Below, piece by piece: positions 28,690-32,000 of a stretch of 32,000 bases of DNA. Position numbers and translations under genes: made by a program. Source of the stretch: Geotalea uraniireducens Rf4 (lineage in GTDB: Bacteria > Desulfobacterota > Desulfuromonadia > Geobacterales > Geobacteraceae); the NCBI RefSeq assembly GCF_000016745.1, contig NC_009483.1, forward strand, positions 1,410,001 to 1,442,000, in the 5' to 3' direction. A model generated the notes under the pieces. That model was not told the origin of the DNA and searched no databases. It was given only the letters and a program-made list of their open reading frames with translations. How positions within the stretch are numbered: the stretch's first letter is position 1; each line of letters begins with the position of its first letter.

Positions 28690-30144
28690 GTGAACGCAGC
28701 GCCGCAGCTCTATGTGCTGGACGGGTCCAGTTACATCTACCGCGCCTATTATGGCGTCCGGGATCTTGCCACCTCTGGCGGAATGCCGACCAATGCCGTA
28801 TTCGGGTTTACCCGGATGCTCCTCGGCCTCCTGCAGGAGAACCGCCCCGATTACCTCGCCGTCGTACTCGATCCCCCCCGGGAAGAGACCTTTCGCCGGG
28901 AGCTCTATCCCGCATACAAGGCCCATCGGGACGCCATGCCCGCGGATCTTGTGCCCCAGCTGCCGTACATAAGGCAAATCCTGCAGGCCCTCAATATCCC
29001 GGCCCTGGAAGCTCCCGGTTTTGAGGCCGACGATGTCATTGCCACCCTGGCCCGCCGCTATGCCGCAGAAGGAATAGAGGTCACGGTCGTCACCGGCGAC
29101 AAGGATCTGCTGCAGATTGTCGGCGACGGGATCAATCTCTTGGATACCATGAAGGATCTGCGTTCCGGGCCGCAAGAGGTCCTCGACCGCTTCGGTGTCC
29201 CGCCGGAGCTGGTGCCCGATGTTCTGGGGCTGGCCGGTGATACCTCGGACAATATCCCGGGAGTTCCCGGGATCGGCGAGAAGACCGCTGCCGAGCTGGT
29301 CCGGCGGTTCGGTTCCCTGGAAGGGGTTCTCCAGTGGAAAAGTCTGGTGAATGGCAAGCAGCGCCGGGAAAATCTGCACGCCCATGCCGACCAGGCCCGG
29401 CTCTCGAAAACCCTGGCCACCGTCCGCTATGACGTTCCGCTGGATCTGTCCTTGGCCGAACTGGAGCGCCGGACGCCGAACCTCCCGGAGTTGATGCCCC
29501 TGCTGCGGGAGCTGGAATTTTCGGCTCTGGAGGTCGCCTTCACCCCGCCGCCGCCTGGCGTGGTCGAGATCTACTGCGACGGCTCGGGCAGAGACTCCGG
29601 GCCCGGCGGGTACGGGGTGATCCTGCGCTATGGGGAGCATGAAAAGGAGTTGAGCGGTTTTGAGGCCGCCTCCACCTCCCAGCGGATGGAACTGACGGCG
29701 GCGATCAGGGGGCTGGAAGCGTTGCATAAACCGCGGAGGGTGCGCGTCTTCAGCGATTCACAGTACCTTGTCCGGGGGATGAGCGAATGGCTTCATGGTT
29801 GGATTCGCACCGGGCGCCTGGAGACCCCGGACGCTCTCAAGAACCAGGACCTCTGGCAAAAGCTTTCTGCCCTGTCCGCTAACCATGAGGTCACCTGGGA
29901 ATGGGTGCGCGGCCATGACGGGCATCCTTTCAATGAGCGCTGCGACAGGCTGGCAAAGCGGGCGGCTGAGGCGGGGATTCGGGTGACAGAGGAGAGAGTC
30001 CGGGCAGCACAACAATCCGAGGAACGCGAAAAGAAAGAGAAAGCTATCCCGTTGCCGGTCGCCCCTGCCAAGCCGGCACCGGTTCAGGTCAGGGAGGAGA
30101 CAGCATACGAGGCCGATGCTGACGGTCAGCTGCTGCTCTGTTGA
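28690..30144 (+). CDS. 5'-3' exonuclease (Pol I N-terminal/FEN-like) fused to RNase HI, 484 aa
   Basis: GTG start after GGGAGGG. N-terminal YVLDGSSYIYRAYY, GFEADDVIATLA, VTGDKDLLQ and H3TH GDTSDNIPGVPGIGEKTA. C-terminal RNase HI: EIYCDGS(G), QRMELTAAIRGLEAL, VFSDSQYLV, WVRGHDGHPFNERCDRLA. Confidence 0.9.
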   Translation: MNAAPQLYVLDGSSYIYRAYYGVRDLATSGGMPTNAVFGFTRMLLGLLQENRPDYLAVVLDPPREETFRRELYPAYKAHRDAMPADLVPQLPYIRQILQALNIPALEAPGFEADDVIATLARRYAAEGIEVTVVTGDKDLLQIVGDGINLLDTMKDLRSGPQEVLDRFGVPPELVPDVLGLAGDTSDNIPGVPGIGEKTAAELVRRFGSLEGVLQWKSLVNGKQRRENLHAHADQARLSKTLATVRYDVPLDLSLAELERRTPNLPELMPLLRELEFSALEVAFTPPPPGVVEIYCDGSGRDSGPGGYGVILRYGEHEKELSGFEAASTSQRMELTAAIRGLEALHKPRRVRVFSDSQYLVRGMSEWLHGWIRTGRLETPDALKNQDLWQKLSALSANHEVTWEWVRGHDGHPFNERCDRLAKRAAEAGIRVTEERVRAAQQSEEREKKEKAIPLPVAPAKPAPVQVREETAYEADADGQLLLC

Positions 30145-30160
30145 ATCAATGGCATCTCCA

Positions 30161-31993
30161 TCATGCCACCGGCAGAGAGACAAAAAACGTGCTCCCCTTG
30201 CCGAGAGTGCTTTCCACCCATACTTCCCCCCCATGAGCCGTGACAATCTCCCGCACGAGGGCAAGGCCCAGGCCGGTTCCGCCGAATACGCGGCAGGCGG
30301 TGTTGTTAACGCGATAAAATCTCTCGAAGATCCTCTCGACAGCCTGCGGCGAAATGCCTATCCCTTCGTCTCTCACGGTGATGACAACACAGTCCTTTTC
30401 CCGGCGTGCCGCCACTCTGACAGCTCCACCCTTCGGGGAGTACTTCACGGCATTGGAGACGAGATTGTTGAAGACCTGACGGAGCTGCTTGTTATCGCCG
30501 CATATCCGGGGGAGATCGGACGGACAGTCCAGGGTTATGTGATGCCGTTCCGACACCCGTGTGAAGAGGGCGACGGTTTCCTCCAGAAGCGGTTGAAGGG
30601 GGAGTGGCCGCCACGTGACGGTCTCCTTTCGGGATCTTAACCGCTGCAGGTCGAGGAAATTGCCGATCAGCTCATTCAGTTTCTCGGATTCGTGCAGGGT
30701 GATCCGGAGGTATTCCCTCTGTTGGTCCGCGGGGACCTCATTGTCCAGCATGAATTCGGTGTAGCCCAGCATTGCGGTAAGGGGGGTGCGCATTTCATGG
30801 CTGACGGCGGAAATCATCTCGTCCTTCATCTGCTCCATCTCTTTCCGCTCGGTGATGTCGCGCCCTATGGTCGACACGGCGACTACTCTTCCCTGCGCAT
30901 CTCTGATAGGGGAATAGGAAAGCGACATGTGAATCAGTTGCCCATCCTTTCTCCTTCGTACGGTTTCGAAATGTTCGATGTGTTCTCCATGCCTGAGCCT
31001 TTCATCCATCTGAAGCACTTCATCTACATTTTCAGCCGGGATCAGCATCGTTATCGGTTTGCCGAGCACTTCGTCCTCGCTGTAACCGAATATTTTTTCG
31101 GCGCCTCTATTCCAACTGGTGATTATCCCATCAAGCGTCTTACCGACGATCGCATCATCGGAAGACTCCACCATGACCGCTAACCGCAGGTTTTTCTCCT
31201 CGGCCTGTTTGCGTTCCGTGATGTCCGAGAAGCTGCCCCGTGTGCCAAGATGATTTCCGTTGTCGTCGAAAACAGGGATGCAGACATGGTGGACCCAGCG
31301 AATATCTCCGTCGGGACGGACGATGCGTAATTCGAGCTCGCCCAGGGCCTTGGTCTGGGTGATATCGTGCCGGTGGTCAGTCCAAAGATGCCGGTCATCC
31401 GGGTGAATGATACTCCGGAGCAAACCGGGATCGGCATTGAACTCTTCGGCCCCATGACCACTGATGCGCCGGCAGGAAGGCGACGTGTAAATGAATCTGT
31501 CTGCCGGGCTCAGCCAGAATTCCCAGTTGTAGGTGTTGTCGGCGACGATCCGGTATTTGACCGCGACCTCCCGCAGAGCCTCTTCTGCCTCCCTGCGTTT
31601 GGTGATGTCGCGTCCTTCCGGCAACAGAAGGACCACATTTCCGTCATCATCCTTCACCGGTTTAAGCGAAAAATCGACGTAAATCAGCTTTCCATCAGCA
31701 GTTGGATGGGTAGCTTCAAAACTGACGAACTCGCCTTGGGCAGCAGACTTGATGGCTTGGCGGAGCCGCTCTTGCAGTTCAGGCGAATGAACCCAGGCTA
31801 AAGTTTCCCAGAAAGGTTTGCCGATCGCTTCAGATTTCGTGCCTCCTATCACATCGAAAGCTGAAGAGTTAATGTCCAGAACAGTTCCATCCGGTTTCAA
31901 TACGCTTATTAATGAAGATGACTGATCGAACATGACACGCAAGAGCGCATAACTCTCAGCCTCTTCCATCTGCTTGCGCTCTTTGGCTCGCAT
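30161..31993 (-). CDS. Multi-PAS sensor histidine kinase, at least 610 aa
   Basis: Three to four PAS repeats, HisKA box SHEMRTPLTAMLGY, HATPase_c (NLVSNAVKYSP, DEGIGI, GTGLGLALVREIV). The frame stays open upstream of the ATG at 31993 to the window edge, so the true start may lie outside the window. Confidence 0.9.
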   Translation of the reverse strand: MRAKERKQMEEAESYALLRVMFDQSSSLISVLKPDGTVLDINSSAFDVIGGTKSEAIGKPFWETLAWVHSPELQERLRQAIKSAAQGEFVSFEATHPTADGKLIYVDFSLKPVKDDDGNVVLLLPEGRDITKRREAEEALREVAVKYRIVADNTYNWEFWLSPADRFIYTSPSCRRISGHGAEEFNADPGLLRSIIHPDDRHLWTDHRHDITQTKALGELELRIVRPDGDIRWVHHVCIPVFDDNGNHLGTRGSFSDITERKQAEEKNLRLAVMVESSDDAIVGKTLDGIITSWNRGAEKIFGYSEDEVLGKPITMLIPAENVDEVLQMDERLRHGEHIEHFETVRRRKDGQLIHMSLSYSPIRDAQGRVVAVSTIGRDITERKEMEQMKDEMISAVSHEMRTPLTAMLGYTEFMLDNEVPADQQREYLRITLHESEKLNELIGNFLDLQRLRSRKETVTWRPLPLQPLLEETVALFTRVSERHHITLDCPSDLPRICGDNKQLRQVFNNLVSNAVKYSPKGGAVRVAARREKDCVVITVRDEGIGISPQAVERIFERFYRVNNTACRVFGGTGLGLALVREIVTAHGGEVWVESTLGKGSTFFVSLPVA

Positions 31994-32000
31994 TTTACGT

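Noticed and set aside
28669-29727. 352-aa ORF antisense to the exonuclease-RNase H gene, plus similar antisense ORFs at 16249-17022, 17177-17731, 19397-20494 and 20828-21544
   Set aside because: All are shadow ORFs opposite strongly supported genes in GC-rich DNA. None has a plausible start context or motif.
1-32000. Search for tRNA, rRNA, tmRNA, transposase or integrase genes as island markers
   Set aside because: I saw no T-arm (GGTTCGAATCC-like) or cloverleaf candidates. No DDE/HUH/tyrosine-recombinase-like ORF appears in any frame of the ORF track.

Overview
GC-rich bacterial chromosomal segment. Gene content and regulatory grammar point to a Geobacter-like member of the Desulfuromonadales (inference, not a database hit).

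Core content, left to right:
- An adh-aor operon on the minus strand; the window starts inside aor.
- An isochorismatase-family hydrolase divergent from a LysR regulator.
- A MNT-HEPN toxin-antitoxin cassette.
- A large part of a nif cluster: fused nifEN, nifX, nif-type ferredoxin III, a second NifX-like gene and draT. After an AT-richer two-gene insert come convergent draG, then stand-alone radical-SAM nifB plus a GNAT gene.
- etfB, a ferredoxin-domain etfA, a membrane cytochrome-b/HdrD-like Fe-S oxidoreductase and a class I glutamine amidotransferase.
- A visibly AT-richer accessory stretch (about 21.6-28.7 kb; judged by eye, not computed) with higBA, two or three lipoproteins, an AraC/GyrI regulator, hicAB and a secreted metallophosphoesterase-BNR propeller fusion.
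- A 5'-3' exonuclease-RNase HI fusion and a multi-PAS histidine kinase whose frame stays open to the right edge.

No rRNA, tRNA, CRISPR array, transposase or integrase was recognised.

The most unusual signals are at the nucleic-acid level:
1. Every intercistronic spacer in the nif and etf operons is filled by a long palindrome. Each is often built from 7-9 nt tandem units and runs from the stop codon to the next ribosome-binding site.
2. A roughly 150-bp direct-repeat element is present in three copies and brackets the hicAB and phosphoesterase cassettes.
3. The MNT-HEPN cassette sits inside a split terminator hairpin with a 15-nt flanking duplication.
4. The nifEN and nifB leaders share one design: sigma-54 promoter, intrinsic terminator, and an overlapping ANTAR-type hexaloop hairpin.

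All coordinates were derived by hand from the sequence. Start codons were trimmed relative to the ORF track wherever a Shine-Dalgarno supported an internal start.
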